A DNA stretch of 64,000 nucleotides from an uncultured Candidatus Saccharibacteria bacterium (GCA_946538495.1 CAMNGP010000001.1:121156-185155); one strand, 5' to 3'. Shown: positions 1-10,996, numbered from the stretch's first letter. Notes: generated by a model from the sequence alone, not told the origin. Translations and numbers: made by a program.

Positions 1-711
1 GCTTTCTTTCCAAAACTTACAGAACAGCTAGGAAGCGGTGATAAGAAAGAGTTCTACGATACTTTTCGTACGGCTTTGCGAACAATTATCTGGATTTCTT
101 TACCCGTGGCAGTGATTGCATTCTTTGGACGCGGTTATGTAACTAGTTTTATTTCGAATATTGGTAACAACACTAGTAACAGCACTATCGCTTCGATACT
201 CGGCACTCTTTGTGTAGCGATTTTCGCAAGATCTATTTTTCATATTGCTTCTAGAGGGTTTTATGCCTATCAGGACACAAAGACTCCTTTCGTGGTGTCC
301 ATATTCGCGATTGGTTTGACGATTATATTATCTATCGGATTCTATTTGTTTGGTTGGGGAGTAGATGGCCTTGGTTGGGCACAATCAATTGGAGCTATCG
401 TCGAAATAATTATACTGTTATATATATTACAAACTAGGTCACATGGAGAAATTCTAGACAAGGCCTTTTGGCGAGCATTTCTTAGGATGCTTTTTGCAAC
501 CGCGATTACCGGATGTGTTGCCTTTTCGATGACCAAATTTGTACCATTGATGGTCACCGATAATTCTTTGGTAATCACTATTCCAAAATTCTTGCTAATT
601 GCAGCCATTTCTGGTTTTGCATACCTCGCTGCAAGTTATTTCTTAAACCTAAAAGAAGCTGGGCCAGTATTTAATTACTTCAAAAAGATTCTCTTTAAAA
701 ATGTAAAATAA
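1..711 (+). CDS. murJ: Lipid II flippase MurJ/MviN, C-terminal part (5' end outside window)
   Basis: Multi-TM protein; AFFPKL at window start and RGFYAYQDTKTP motif typical of MviN/MurJ. Confidence 0.85.
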   Translation, partial: AFFPKLTEQLGSGDKKEFYDTFRTALRTIIWISLPVAVIAFFGRGYVTSFISNIGNNTSNSTIASILGTLCVAIFARSIFHIASRGFYAYQDTKTPFVVSIFAIGLTIILSIGFYLFGWGVDGLGWAQSIGAIVEIIILLYILQTRSHGEILDKAFWRAFLRMLFATAITGCVAFSMTKFVPLMVTDNSLVITIPKFLLIAAISGFAYLAASYFLNLKEAGPVFNYFKKILFKNVK

Positions 712-729
712 TTGCTATAATATATAGGT

Positions 730-1017
730 ATGGAAATCAAACGCGAGGATATTTTACATTTAGCTGATTTGTCAAATTTTTCTTTATCAGAAAAGGAAAT
801 AGATAAATTGGGCGGAGATTTGAAAGATATTATTAAATATATTTCACAGCTTGACGAATTAGACACCGACAAGGTTGAGCCTACTTATCAAGTATTTGAA
901 ATGGATAATGTTTGGCGAGACGACGAGATCATTCCGCAAGACGCAGAAAGAGAAATGCTTTTAAAATTAACTAAGAACGAAGCCAATCATCAAATAAAAG
1001 TACCAAAGGTGTTGTAA
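730..1017 (+). CDS. gatC: Asp/Glu-tRNA amidotransferase subunit C
   Basis: 95 aa, HLADLS...VEPT...NVWRDD...IKVPKVL; directly upstream of gatA. Confidence 0.93.
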   Translation: MEIKREDILHLADLSNFSLSEKEIDKLGGDLKDIIKYISQLDELDTDKVEPTYQVFEMDNVWRDDEIIPQDAEREMLLKLTKNEANHQIKVPKVL

Positions 1018-2465
1018 TGAAAACTGCCAATAAAAAAATAACTGCTGAAAGATTAGTAAAAGACGCCTTGGATAAGGCGAAACATTTTGCTGATTATAAT
1101 ATTTTTACTTTCTTGAATGAGGAAGGCGCTCTGAAGAAGGCGCGCGAGATTGACGCTCGCATCGCACGCGGAGAAAAGGTTGGTAAGCTGGCTGGAGTGC
1201 CGTATGCACTAAAAGATAATTTTTTGAGCCCAGAGGGCGAGACCACTGCTTCTGCACATATTCTGCAAGAGTTTATTTCTCCGGTTACTGCCACGGCCGT
1301 AGCCAAATTAGAGGCAGAGGATGCTATCATGATTGGACGCACCAACTTAGACGCTTTTGCGCACGGCTCCTCTACGGAAAACTCATTTTTTGGACCGACT
1401 TTAAACGCATACGATAAAGAACGCGTAGCTGGTGGTTCTTCTGGTGGTTCGGCTGTTGCGGTTGCGCTAGATATTGTTGAATTTGCGACTGGTACTGATA
1501 CTGGCGGCTCTATCCGTCAGCCAGCATCATTCAACGGCGTGTTCGGTTTAAAGCCAACTTACGGCTGCGTTTCGCGCTACGGTGTGGTAGCGATGGCTTC
1601 ATCCACAGACTGCATCGGCTTCTTCACTAAAACTCCAGAAGATATGGATCTTTTAATGTCTATTGCCTCAGGGCAAGACCCGAAAGATTTGACTACTTTG
1701 GCGGATTATTACAATGGAGAGAGCCAAGAACAGTGCCTAGAGGGGCTTCCGGAGGTTACGACCGAGGATGATGGTGCGAGCGACCCATCCCTGAAAAACA
1801 CCGTTTTAGCTCCACGTCGCATTGGTATTATTAAGGATTTTGATAATGAGTCGGTGGATAAGTCAATCCGTGATGCCTTAAAGGAAAAGTGTGAGCTATT
1901 AAAATCTAAGGGACATGAGATTGTAGAGCTGAAGATGCCTAGCCTTAAATACGCATTACCCGCATATTATATTATTGTGCCGGCAGAAGTCGCGAGTAAC
2001 TTATCTAGATATGACGGCGTTAGATACGGCTTTAGGTCGGACGAGTCCAAGGATTTGGATCAATTGTACGAGAATACACGCAGCGAAGGCTTTATGCCAG
2101 AGAATAAACGTCGCATCATGATTGGTAATTTTGTGTTATCTAGCGGATTTTATGATGCATATTTCTTGAAAGCCGCAAAAGCGCGCACTTTAATTATAGA
2201 AGAATATGAAAAGGCCTTTGAAAAATGCGATTATATCTTAACGCCTGTTTCGCCGAGCCCCGCATTCAAATTGGGTGAGAAAGTGAATGACCCAATTGCG
2301 ATGTATTTCGAAGATGTAATGAGCGTATCTCTTAATCTAGCCGGCGTACCGGGACTAACTATCCCGGTAGGTAAAACCGATACCGGGTTGCCAATTGGCC
2401 TGCAATTAGTTGGGCCGCGCCGTAGTGATAAAAAGTTAATTAATTTTGCAAAGGAAATTGCTTAA
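1017..2465 (+). CDS. gatA: Asp/Glu-tRNA amidotransferase subunit A, with an apparent in-frame insert
   Basis: Amidase signature GGSSGGSA, GTDTGGSIRQPAS, SNLSRYDG. Confidence 0.97.
   Translation: MKTANKKITAERLVKDALDKAKHFADYNIFTFLNEEGALKKAREIDARIARGEKVGKLAGVPYALKDNFLSPEGETTASAHILQEFISPVTATAVAKLEAEDAIMIGRTNLDAFAHGSSTENSFFGPTLNAYDKERVAGGSSGGSAVAVALDIVEFATGTDTGGSIRQPASFNGVFGLKPTYGCVSRYGVVAMASSTDCIGFFTKTPEDMDLLMSIASGQDPKDLTTLADYYNGESQEQCLEGLPEVTTEDDGASDPSLKNTVLAPRRIGIIKDFDNESVDKSIRDALKEKCELLKSKGHEIVELKMPSLKYALPAYYIIVPAEVASNLSRYDGVRYGFRSDESKDLDQLYENTRSEGFMPENKRRIMIGNFVLSSGFYDAYFLKAAKARTLIIEEYEKAFEKCDYILTPVSPSPAFKLGEKVNDPIAMYFEDVMSVSLNLAGVPGLTIPVGKTDTGLPIGLQLVGPRRSDKKLINFAKEIA
1721..1812. repeat. 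Degenerate palindromic element read in-frame within gatA
   Basis: Imperfect arms gagccaagaacagtg / caccgttttagctc; core resembles der insert (acagtgcctagaggggcttccg vs accgtgccccggacggcttacg; tgcgagcga vs cgcgagcga). Confidence 0.6.
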
Positions 2466-2884
2466 TGGATAGTGGAGTAGTTACTTTTATTTTAGCTATT
2501 TTAATTGTTGCGGTGTTGATTTTTGTAGCAATACTACTCACCGGCAAGCGCGGCTATCATTTTAATGTTAGTTTTTATCAAACGAAGTTTTTAGCAATCG
2601 AAAACAAACTAGACCAAAACAACCCAGCGACGTTCATGACTACCATCATAGAAGCAGATAAATTGTTGGATAAAGCATTGGTCGAAATGGGCGCAGTCGG
2701 CAAAACGATGGGTGACCGCCTAAAAAAGACTGGCAGCAAATTTAGCAACTTGAATAGCGTTTGGCGAGCACATAAGCTACGCAACGCCATTGCGCACGAA
2801 TCGGATGTTGAAGTTAGTTACAAGCAAGCATTTAATGCTCTAGCAATTTATAAACAAGCTTTAAAAGATTTAGGAGCAATCTAA
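2465..2884 (+). CDS. Hypothetical membrane-anchored protein between gatA and gatB
   Basis: N-terminal TM; EADKLLD...AHKLRNAIAHE (HEPN-like RxxxxH); translationally coupled. Confidence 0.75.
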   Translation: MDSGVVTFILAILIVAVLIFVAILLTGKRGYHFNVSFYQTKFLAIENKLDQNNPATFMTTIIEADKLLDKALVEMGAVGKTMGDRLKKTGSKFSNLNSVWRAHKLRNAIAHESDVEVSYKQAFNALAIYKQALKDLGAI

Positions 2885-4360
2885 ATGAAATATATTCCTA
2901 CTATTGGCATTGAATGCCACGTGCAGTTAGCCACAAAAACAAAGCTGTTTTCCGAAGTAGACAACGACGCGCGCGGCAAAGAGCCAAATTCATGTGTTTC
3001 GCCAGTGGATTATGCTTTGCCTGGAATGTTGCCTCGCTTAAATGGAGAGGCAATCAAGTTTGCAATCCGCGCAGGCAAGGCGATGAATTGTAAGATTAAT
3101 GAGCATTCTAGATTTGATCGCAAACATTATTTTTATCCAGATTCGCCAAAAGGATATCAGATTACTCAATTTTACGAGCCAATCATTGGCGAAGGTTTCG
3201 TAGAGCTTCCGTCTGGGACCAGAATCAGGATTGAGCATGCACACCTTGAAGGCGACGCGGGAAAATTAACCCATTTTTCAGATTATTCATTGGTGGATTT
3301 TAATCGAGTGGATACGCCACTGATTGAAATTGTTTCAATGCCAGATATTCATTCGGCTAAGGATGCCCATGATTATTGCAAAGAATTGTGGCGTTTGATG
3401 ATTTTCGCAGAAGTATCTTACGGCGATTTATATAACGGTAATATGCGCTTCGATGTAAACATTTCTCTAGCGCCAGAAGGTACCAAAGAATTAGGTACGC
3501 GTGCCGAAGTCAAAAACCTCAATTCGTTTAGAAGTGTAGAGCGCGCAGTAGAATACGAAATTAAGCGTCAAACTAAGTTGCTTGAAGCAGGAAAAAAAGT
3601 TGTACAGGAGACGCGTGGCTGGAACGATGCCGATGGCAAGACTACTGGCCAGCGATCAAAAGAAGAGGCCAAAGATTATCGTTATATGCCGGAGCCAGAT
3701 TTGCCACCAATTAATCTAACGAAAGAATTCATTGAAACTGAAGCCGCTAAGTTGCCGTTAATGCCAGCAGACTATCGTAAAATGTTTGGTAAAACTATTA
3801 AGTCAGATATTCTTGAAATATTGCTAGATTATCCGCAGTTAGCATACAAGTTAAAAGAAATAGCCTCGCCATCTCATCCCGAACGCGCTCAAGTGCGCTC
3901 ACCCAAGCTCATAGCTCTAGATGGGAAGGTGTCGGCTATCTCTCTAATCGCAAATTTGTTCGTGTCCGTATTGTTGGCTGAGGAGAAGTCAGCAGAGTAT
4001 TTGAATGATTTACCGAGCGCGAAGGACCTAACAGAACTCGCCGAAATGAATAAGAAAAAAGAATTATCGTCAACAGCGACGAAGGAAGTATTCCTTCATC
4101 TATTTGATCCACAAATGAAGGGTAGAGGCTCAAAACAAATCGCAAAAGAGCTTGGCCTGATTCAAGAAAATGATTTGGGCGCTTTGGAAAAAATTGTGGA
4201 TGCAGTATTAGCAAAACCAGAAACTAAAAAAGCCCAAGATGACTTTAAGGCTGGCGAAGAGAAGGTAATCGGATTTTTGGTAGGGCAGGTCATGAAGGAA
4301 TCGAGAGGAAAAGCGAATCCCTCGGCAGTACAAGACATATTACGCAAAAAGCTTGCCTAA
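2885..4360 (+). CDS. gatB: Asp/Glu-tRNA amidotransferase subunit B, with an apparent in-frame insert
   Basis: IGIECHVQL, FDRKHYFYPD, EVKNLNSF, DYRYMPEPDL, GQVMKESRGKANP. Confidence 0.97.
   Translation: MKYIPTIGIECHVQLATKTKLFSEVDNDARGKEPNSCVSPVDYALPGMLPRLNGEAIKFAIRAGKAMNCKINEHSRFDRKHYFYPDSPKGYQITQFYEPIIGEGFVELPSGTRIRIEHAHLEGDAGKLTHFSDYSLVDFNRVDTPLIEIVSMPDIHSAKDAHDYCKELWRLMIFAEVSYGDLYNGNMRFDVNISLAPEGTKELGTRAEVKNLNSFRSVERAVEYEIKRQTKLLEAGKKVVQETRGWNDADGKTTGQRSKEEAKDYRYMPEPDLPPINLTKEFIETEAAKLPLMPADYRKMFGKTIKSDILEILLDYPQLAYKLKEIASPSHPERAQVRSPKLIALDGKVSAISLIANLFVSVLLAEEKSAEYLNDLPSAKDLTELAEMNKKKELSSTATKEVFLHLFDPQMKGRGSKQIAKELGLIQENDLGALEKIVDAVLAKPETKKAQDDFKAGEEKVIGFLVGQVMKESRGKANPSAVQDILRKKLA
3851..3947. 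repeat. Palindromic element read in-frame within gatB
   Basis: Arms ttaaaagaaatagcc-tcgccatctcatc / gatgggaaggtgtc-ggctatctctctaa, with two inner hairpins (gcgctcaagtgcgc, agctcatagct). Confidence 0.7.
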
Positions 4361-4404
4361 TTCATGTTAAAATAAAAATAGCATTAAAACAAAAGGAGGA
4401 TTTT

Positions 4405-4926
4405 ATGGCTAAATCGAAAAATGGTTTATATATAGGAATCGGCGTTGCAGTAGTTGCCGTAATTGCAATCGTCGTGGGCCTGATTATTGCAAATAAACCT
4501 AAAGGCACAGAAAATGACGTAGCGGAAGAACCGCAGGAAGCTGAAGTCGTCTCCACTTTTGATAATGTTGACGAGATAATTGACTTTGGCGATTATGACG
4601 CGATGTATACATTGTCAAAATCTATCCAGAACGGCGAAGCAACTGGCAAGATAGTGCAAATTGAAGGTTTGGTTTCTCATCCAATGAGCAAGTATTCTAT
4701 TGTTGAAGAGAGTGCAGATGGCACAGATTCAATCGGAACAGAATTCGTGATTGAAGGGGCGGACGAAACTAGCTATCCGGATGATGGGGCAAGAGTTGTT
4801 ATCACTGGCGCCGTAATTGAAAAAGAGCCTCTGTACTTCGTAATCCAAACTACACCCGAATATATAATGCCTGTAGACGACGGCGAAGACACAGTTATCG
4901 AAGAGTTAGAAGACGTAGGGGAATAA
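4405..4926 (+). CDS. Hypothetical acidic membrane-anchored protein (possible OB-fold)
   Basis: AGGAGG SD; N-terminal TM; 173 aa. Confidence 0.75.
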   Translation: MAKSKNGLYIGIGVAVVAVIAIVVGLIIANKPKGTENDVAEEPQEAEVVSTFDNVDEIIDFGDYDAMYTLSKSIQNGEATGKIVQIEGLVSHPMSKYSIVEESADGTDSIGTEFVIEGADETSYPDDGARVVITGAVIEKEPLYFVIQTTPEYIMPVDDGEDTVIEELEDVGE

Positions 4927-4938
4927 TTTAAAAACCAC

Positions 4939-4976
4939 AAGAAAGCCTCAAGTAAAAAACTTGGGGTTTTCTTTTA
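4939..4976 (+). terminator. Intrinsic terminator
   Basis: aagaaagcctcaagt / acttggggttttctt hairpin followed by T run. Confidence 0.55.
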
Positions 4977-5071
4977 CTTTTTGGAAGAAATGTGATAAAC
5001 TATTTGAAAATATGTCTTGTTTTTTGAGCGTGGAGCTTGAAACGACAAAATAATAAAAGTAAAAGGAGCAT

Positions 5072-7171
5072 ATGGCTACTGGAATTAAGAATCTGGCTGA
5101 CTTACGCAATATTGGTATTATTGCGCATATTGACGCTGGTAAAACCACAACCTCCGAGGCGATTTTGTATCGCACCGGGTTAAAACACAAAATTGACTTG
5201 GTCAAGGGCGGTACTGGTGGTGCCGAGACCGACTGGATGGAGCAAGAGAAGGAGCGTGGCATCACGATTACTTCGGCTGCCGTTACTGTATATTGGAAGG
5301 GTCATCAAATTAACATTATCGATACCCCGGGCCACATCGATTTTACCGCCGAGGTAGAACGTTCGCTTCGCGTGCTTGATGGTGCCGTAGTGGTATTTGA
5401 TGGCAAAATGGGCGTAGAGGCACAATCAGAGACAGTATGGCGCCAAGCAACCAAATATGGTATTCCTCGTATTTGTTTTGTAAACAAGATTAATCAAATT
5501 GGTGGCGATTTTTATAAATCTCTAGATTCAATTCACAAACGCTTGAGCAAAAACGCGGTAGCCATTCATCTGCCAATTGGCTTCGAGAAGGATATCTGTG
5601 GCGTCGTAGACTTAATCGACATGAAAGCATACACTTACAAAGATTACGCCGACCATGAACTCACTGTGGGCGAGATTCCTGCCGATATGGTAGAAAAAGC
5701 CAAAAACGCTCGTTCGATGTTGGTAGAAGAAGCTGTTCAAGCTGATGAAAAATTAATGGACAAATACTTCAGCGAAGGTGAAGACGCAATCACAGTAGAT
5801 GAGCTAAAGGCAGCTCTTCGTAAGCGTGTACTAGATGGTGACTTCTTCTTGGTGACTGGTGGCGATGGTCGCGGCGTGATTGTAGAAAAAGTTCTTGATC
5901 TTATGACAGATTATCTACCTTCACCATTAGATCGTGATCAGGGCCAAACTGTAGGCACCGATCCAAAAACTGGTGATCAGATTGTGCGCAAAGCCGAAAA
6001 CTCCGAGCCTCTTACTGCTTTAGCGTTTAAGATCGCCACCGACCCATTTGTCGGTAAGCTAATCTTTATCCGCGTTTATGCAGGCACGTTGAAGTCTGGC
6101 GATACCGTGCTTAATGCCTCGACTGGCGACAAGGAACGCATTGGTCGTTTGGTAAGAATGCATGCTAATGATCGTAAAGATATTACCGAGATTACGGCTG
6201 GTGATATCGCAGCAGTGGTTGGGCTCAAAAATTGTACTACCGGTACCACTCTTTGTAGTCCTACTCATCCAATCTTGCTTGAATCAATTGAATTCCCGGA
6301 TCCTCCAGTGTCAATTGCAGTCGAACCAAAAACAAAAGCTGATCAAGAAAAAATGGCCCTTGGGCTTTCTAAGATGGCCGAGGAAGATCCAACTTTCCGT
6401 GTTCATACCGATGAAGAAACTGGTCAAACCATTATTTCTGGTATGGGCGAGCTACACCTAGAAATTATTATTGACCGTCTCAAACGTGAGCATAATGTAG
6501 AAGCCAACACTGGCGCTCCGCAAGTAGCATACCGCGAAACTATTCGTGGCACTGCCGAGGCTCAAGGTAAGCACATCAAACAGTCTGGTGGTCGTGGTCA
6601 ATATGGTGACGTTTGGATTAAGTTTGAACCGAACGAAGCAGGGAAAGGCTTTGAATTTATCGATCAGATTAAGGGTGGCGTAGTCCCACAAGAATATCGT
6701 AAGCCAGTGCAGAAGGGTGTCGAGGACACCTTGGCGGGAGGCGTAATTGCTGGATACCCAGTAGTAGACGTAAAGGCTACTTTGTACGATGGTTCTTACC
6801 ACGATGTAGACTCATCCGAACTTGCCTTCACCTTGGCTGGTGCACTAGCTACCCGTGAAGGTATCAAGAAAGCAAATCCAGTACTACTTGAGCCTATCAT
6901 GAAGATGGAAATTACCACCCCAGAAGAATTCATGGGCGACGTAATCGGCGACATCAACGCTCGCCGCGGTCGCGTTGACGAGATGGAAGATTTGAATGGC
7001 GGCGCCAAGCTAATTAAGGCATTTTGTCCGTTAGCTAACTTGTTTGGTTACACTGGCGACTTGCGCGGTATGACCCAAGGTCGTGCAGCTTCTTCAATGG
7101 AACTCTTTGCCTACGAAGAAGTACCACCAAATGTAGCACAAGAAATCATCGAGAAGAGAAATTCAAAATAA
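5072..7171 (+). CDS. fusA: Elongation factor G
   Basis: [42 protein letters not shown]. Confidence 0.99.
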   Translation: MATGIKNLADLRNIGIIAHIDAGKTTTSEAILYRTGLKHKIDLVKGGTGGAETDWMEQEKERGITITSAAVTVYWKGHQINIIDTPGHIDFTAEVERSLRVLDGAVVVFDGKMGVEAQSETVWRQATKYGIPRICFVNKINQIGGDFYKSLDSIHKRLSKNAVAIHLPIGFEKDICGVVDLIDMKAYTYKDYADHELTVGEIPADMVEKAKNARSMLVEEAVQADEKLMDKYFSEGEDAITVDELKAALRKRVLDGDFFLVTGGDGRGVIVEKVLDLMTDYLPSPLDRDQGQTVGTDPKTGDQIVRKAENSEPLTALAFKIATDPFVGKLIFIRVYAGTLKSGDTVLNASTGDKERIGRLVRMHANDRKDITEITAGDIAAVVGLKNCTTGTTLCSPTHPILLESIEFPDPPVSIAVEPKTKADQEKMALGLSKMAEEDPTFRVHTDEETGQTIISGMGELHLEIIIDRLKREHNVEANTGAPQVAYRETIRGTAEAQGKHIKQSGGRGQYGDVWIKFEPNEAGKGFEFIDQIKGGVVPQEYRKPVQKGVEDTLAGGVIAGYPVVDVKATLYDGSYHDVDSSELAFTLAGALATREGIKKANPVLLEPIMKMEITTPEEFMGDVIGDINARRGRVDEMEDLNGGAKLIKAFCPLANLFGYTGDLRGMTQGRAASSMELFAYEEVPPNVAQEIIEKRNSK

Positions 7172-7187
7172 TCATCTCTAAAATGGG

Positions 7188-7214
7188 GAAAGGCGCCTAG
7201 AATAGGCGCCTTTC
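7188..7214. terminator. Bidirectional hairpin (taggcgcc family)
   Basis: gaaaggcgccta-gaa-taggcgcctttc between convergent genes. Confidence 0.75.
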
Positions 7215-7228
7215 TGGTGGGTGCGATA

Positions 7229-7435
7229 CTAACGCTTGCGGTTTTTGTTCTCTTGAATGATTTGCCTGATGGCTAAGACCTCGCGGACGATTGCAGTGAC
7301 AGCGATAATAAATGCCACTATCAAAAGCACGGTCGGAATAATCATCGGGGTCTTGCCATCGATTGCCATCAGATAAAAAAAACACATAAACCAAATCAAT
7401 GTCAGGTCTAAAGAGACCAATATCAACGTCAACAT
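7229..7435 (-). CDS. Small two-TM hypothetical protein
   Basis: AAGGAGG SD about 8 nt upstream of ATG; two hydrophobic segments and a basic tail; own promoter upstream. Confidence 0.65.
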   Translation of the reverse strand: MLTLILVSLDLTLIWFMCFFYLMAIDGKTPMIIPTVLLIVAFIIAVTAIVREVLAIRQIIQENKNRKR

Positions 7436-7508
7436 CTCGCATACCTCCTTTAAAGTGCGCCCCCTAGTGCAATATATATTAATCTTTTTTTGATAAATGT
7501 CAAGATAT

Positions 7509-7536
7509 GATTAGGCGCCCATATGGGCGCCTAGTT
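7509..7536. terminator. Hairpin (taggcgcc family) downstream of the pilin-like gene
   Basis: taggcgccc-atat-gggcgccta. Confidence 0.7.
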
Positions 7537-7570
7537 GATGCAAGCCAATGCCGCGGTGAGGCGTTAAAAA

Positions 7571-10500
7571 TTATTTGTAGAATCTTTTTCTAGCAGACAA
7601 TCTAGAGATCACATACCCGCCTAAGCAGAGAACGACAGCTGCACCTATAAAGACAGGTGTGCCGCCCGCAATGCCGCCATCATGATTTTTGGTGCTTGCA
7701 CCGGTATCTGGAGCTGGAAGTTCTACTTCAATTGATTCATCGACGTCATTTATGTTTTTATGTTCAAGCAGCAGTTCTTCGTCGCGATATAAGCTCTCGA
7801 AGATAACCAGTTTTTTACCACCAAGTCCTGCAGTGTTAATCCTATAAGACATTTCGAGCTCGCCGCATCTTTCCTCTGGTGTAAAGGTAATTTCATCTTC
7901 TACCGTCTTATCGTTTATGAGAAGAGGGTTACCAGTTTCTTTATCCATCAATATACCTTTAATGGTGTATTCAAGTCCTGGAATTAGGCAGTATTTTACG
8001 GTGTCCTTGATTTTTACATCTTGATTTAATGGTAGTACTTTCTCTCCGGTCTCATGTTCCGTAGCGTATGTGTGGACATAAACCATTTCGATAGTCTGAC
8101 CTTCATCGTCGATATCTTCATGAGAGGCAACCTCTTCATTTTCGTAGTACATCGTCTCGAAGACAACCAGTTCGTGGCCGCCAAGTCCGGTCGCATCGAA
8201 TTCGAATGTCATATCGACTGTTCCGCATTCCTGCTCAGGCGTAATCTCGATAGATTGTTCTATGGCTTGACCTTCAACCAGCAGCGGTTCATTAGTAGTT
8301 TTATCCATAAGAATGCCTTTTATAGTAAATTTACTGCCGGTCTTTGCGCAATAGCTAACGTGATCAGTTATTATTGCATCTTCTAAGGCTTCCACATACT
8401 TGTCATGATCCTTAGCATCTGACGCCTCAGTGCCAAGACTAAATTCTGCACAAGTGTTATCCCAATCGCCTAGATCAACAACCTGATTTTGTTCGTTAAC
8501 TGTAAACGTTTTTCTTTGATCCTTCAATTTATTATAACAGAATTTATTCGCATCACAGCTCAGTTCTTCGATCATGTAACTGCCATATGGGAGCGCACCA
8601 AGCGCATCGTTGACTGGCAAATCTTCTCCCTCTTTATTTCGACCAAACCAGGTTCCGTAGCCAGCATATACTACTTCTCTCGTGCCGACATGGATTTCGT
8701 CATAGCCATTTGTGTGATTTGAATGTCTATTGGCTGCAGTATTCACAACGCCGTTTTCGTCGGTTACGACATAATGTCTTTCCATATCGGCACCCGTAGA
8801 TTCTAATGCGGTAATGCTAAAGAGTACATTTGGCATGGTCGTATTATTGTTTGAGTCTTTTTTAACAAACGTCAAATCGCCGCGAATTGGTTGGTTTTTA
8901 ACAGTTCTGGTTAGGTTTATGTTCCCATCGGTTGGAATGGTAACAGTAATTGGATCGGCCAGGGAATAGCCAGTCGGAGCTACAGTCTCTTTTATTTGGT
9001 AGGTCCCGTAAGGTAAGTCGTTGATTGTGAAGTTGCAATCTGTGGCAGTAAATACCTTAGTTAGGATAACCGCATCTTTAGCGACCATAGCATTGTTGTA
9101 TTTAATTGGATTCGTCGATTTATTAATAACTTCGAAGGTAGTACCGCTGAATGATAGTTTTTCCGTCCTCGTCGAGCAAGAATTAGTTTCGGCGTCTACT
9201 TTATTGACGGTGATTTTGCCTTTTTTAGGAGTGTTACTAAAGGTTAGCTCTTTTGTGCTGTTCGTTAGCGTAATCGGCTTTTCTTCGTCATCAATGGTGT
9301 ATCCTTCATCAGCATGCACTTCTTTAACAATATATTTGCCTATCGGAAGGTTTTCAAACGTCACGCTGCAGGCACCCGACGCGATAGTCTTGGAAGCAAC
9401 TTTAGTTCCATTTTGATACGTACGATTATTGTATTTAATTGCGTAGCCCGAGTTATTGTATAAATCGAATGTAGTTCCGACAATTGAAAGGTTGCCGACC
9501 GGCGTACATGTTCCAGTTTCACTGTCAATTTTATGAATTGTTAGAGGTATTTTGTCTGGCTCATTTCTAAATGTGACCGTTACTTCAAGATGATTTCCAT
9601 CCGTAGTGGCGGTTTGAGTTTCCGTTAATACCCTATATTCATTACCAGAATAGTGCTCTTTGACCGTATAAGTATCATATGGTAAATTCTCCCATTTAAG
9701 AGTACAGTCATCACCTAAGCTTGTTTTGGGTTTTACTGTAACGCCAGAGCTATTGATTAAGGAGAATTTAAGATCTTGGGCTCGAATGAACGAAGCCATA
9801 CATTCTCCCGTATCGGCATTCTCTTTTTTAACTATAACACTACTATTTTGTGCTCTCGTATTCGTGAAAGTAGTTGAAGCAGTTGAAGTAGTTAGACTAA
9901 TGGGTTTTGGACTATCGGTGTCGTAATTTGTGTCGGTGGTGCTCCCCTCAACAACACTTTCTTGCACTTCGTAATTACCATATGGCAAACCGGACCAGGT
10001 TAGGGTACAGTTATTCGGGCTTGCATTTGAGATAATTGTAGCGTTGTTGAGATAAGAACTACCGTTATAATCGATTGTTACACCCGTCTTGTTAATCAAT
10101 GAGAATTTGACGTCTGTATCGAAGGACGATACACATCCGGTGACGTCGGAGGCTTTTTTGATAACTGTGATGGAGCCGGTCTCATTCTTGTTTTCTATCC
10201 AGATAGCGTCTTGCATGTTACCACCTGGAGATACCATATATAATTTGTACCGCGAAGCTAAGGTCCATACGTCATCATTGTTTTCAATCGCCCGATTCAC
10301 ATCATCTTCAAATGCTCGTACCCATCTTTGCCAATCTTCATCTAAGTATTTTACGTCTCCTGCATATATGTACCCCAACGTAGCGTGTAGGTATGCGAAT
10401 CTTTCGTTATCATGGCTGCTGATAGGTTTAGGAAGATTAGTAATCGAAAACATATTATTTACAAATTCATTAGTAGCAGCGTTGTTTACTATGCTGAGAT

Positions 10501-10861
10501 AAAGTATTAGTTTTAATTTTTGCCACATTCGGCTAGTCGAGGTGACCTCTTGAGCTTGCCATGTGCCGTATGGAAAATTTTTGGATGGATTTATACATTG
10601 CGCCGTCGCGATTTGCTCTCCGTAGAAGTTATCAGCTTTAATAACTATTCTATTTGCGACTCCTCTTTCACCATCAACGTATTTACCGTATTCAATTCTG
10701 CCTCCTTCTGGTGGCCTTTCTACGCCAACAGTCGCAGTGGCGGCATCAACTTGGTTTTGAACATTTTTTATAACTGCAAATGTCGCCGTGGTAATTAATA
10801 ATAAGCTGACAACGGCAAAGAATAATTTCTTGAATTTGTATTTCTTGCTAAAAATAAGCAT
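7571..10861 (-). CDS. Large sortase-anchored surface protein: thioester-like N-domain, tandem SpaA/CnaB repeats, two VaFE-like repeats, APDTG signal
   Basis: Signal peptide; AQCINP...MQDAIW; repeated LPYGxYxVKE; LVVFE/LVIFE repeats; APDTG + TM + basic tail. Confidence 0.85.
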   Translation of the reverse strand: MLIFSKKYKFKKLFFAVVSLLLITTATFAVIKNVQNQVDAATATVGVERPPEGGRIEYGKYVDGERGVANRIVIKADNFYGEQIATAQCINPSKNFPYGTWQAQEVTSTSRMWQKLKLILYLSIVNNAATNEFVNNMFSITNLPKPISSHDNERFAYLHATLGYIYAGDVKYLDEDWQRWVRAFEDDVNRAIENNDDVWTLASRYKLYMVSPGGNMQDAIWIENKNETGSITVIKKASDVTGCVSSFDTDVKFSLINKTGVTIDYNGSSYLNNATIISNASPNNCTLTWSGLPYGNYEVQESVVEGSTTDTNYDTDSPKPISLTTSTASTTFTNTRAQNSSVIVKKENADTGECMASFIRAQDLKFSLINSSGVTVKPKTSLGDDCTLKWENLPYDTYTVKEHYSGNEYRVLTETQTATTDGNHLEVTVTFRNEPDKIPLTIHKIDSETGTCTPVGNLSIVGTTFDLYNNSGYAIKYNNRTYQNGTKVASKTIASGACSVTFENLPIGKYIVKEVHADEGYTIDDEEKPITLTNSTKELTFSNTPKKGKITVNKVDAETNSCSTRTEKLSFSGTTFEVINKSTNPIKYNNAMVAKDAVILTKVFTATDCNFTINDLPYGTYQIKETVAPTGYSLADPITVTIPTDGNINLTRTVKNQPIRGDLTFVKKDSNNNTTMPNVLFSITALESTGADMERHYVVTDENGVVNTAANRHSNHTNGYDEIHVGTREVVYAGYGTWFGRNKEGEDLPVNDALGALPYGSYMIEELSCDANKFCYNKLKDQRKTFTVNEQNQVVDLGDWDNTCAEFSLGTEASDAKDHDKYVEALEDAIITDHVSYCAKTGSKFTIKGILMDKTTNEPLLVEGQAIEQSIEITPEQECGTVDMTFEFDATGLGGHELVVFETMYYENEEVASHEDIDDEGQTIEMVYVHTYATEHETGEKVLPLNQDVKIKDTVKYCLIPGLEYTIKGILMDKETGNPLLINDKTVEDEITFTPEERCGELEMSYRINTAGLGGKKLVIFESLYRDEELLLEHKNINDVDESIEVELPAPDTGASTKNHDGGIAGGTPVFIGAAVVLCLGGYVISRLSARKRFYK

Positions 10862-10951
10862 GAGATATGGCTACTTTCTCTCGCATATTAATGATTAATT
10901 AATTTAGCCAAAGTTTGTTTTTAGTTTGTGTATAATCCTTACTCTGCTTAT

Positions 10952-10980
10952 ATTATAAGCTTAATAATTATACTTGTCAA
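10952..10980 (-). promoter_or_regulatory. Consensus sigma70 promoter for the surface protein gene
   Basis: TTGACA-17 nt-TATAAT on minus strand. Confidence 0.8.
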
Positions 10981-10996
10981 GACTTTTTAGAAATGT

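Noticed and set aside
7197-7442. 81-aa alternative ORF
   Set aside because: The SD abuts this ATG and the frame runs into the terminator; 7229-7435 fits better.
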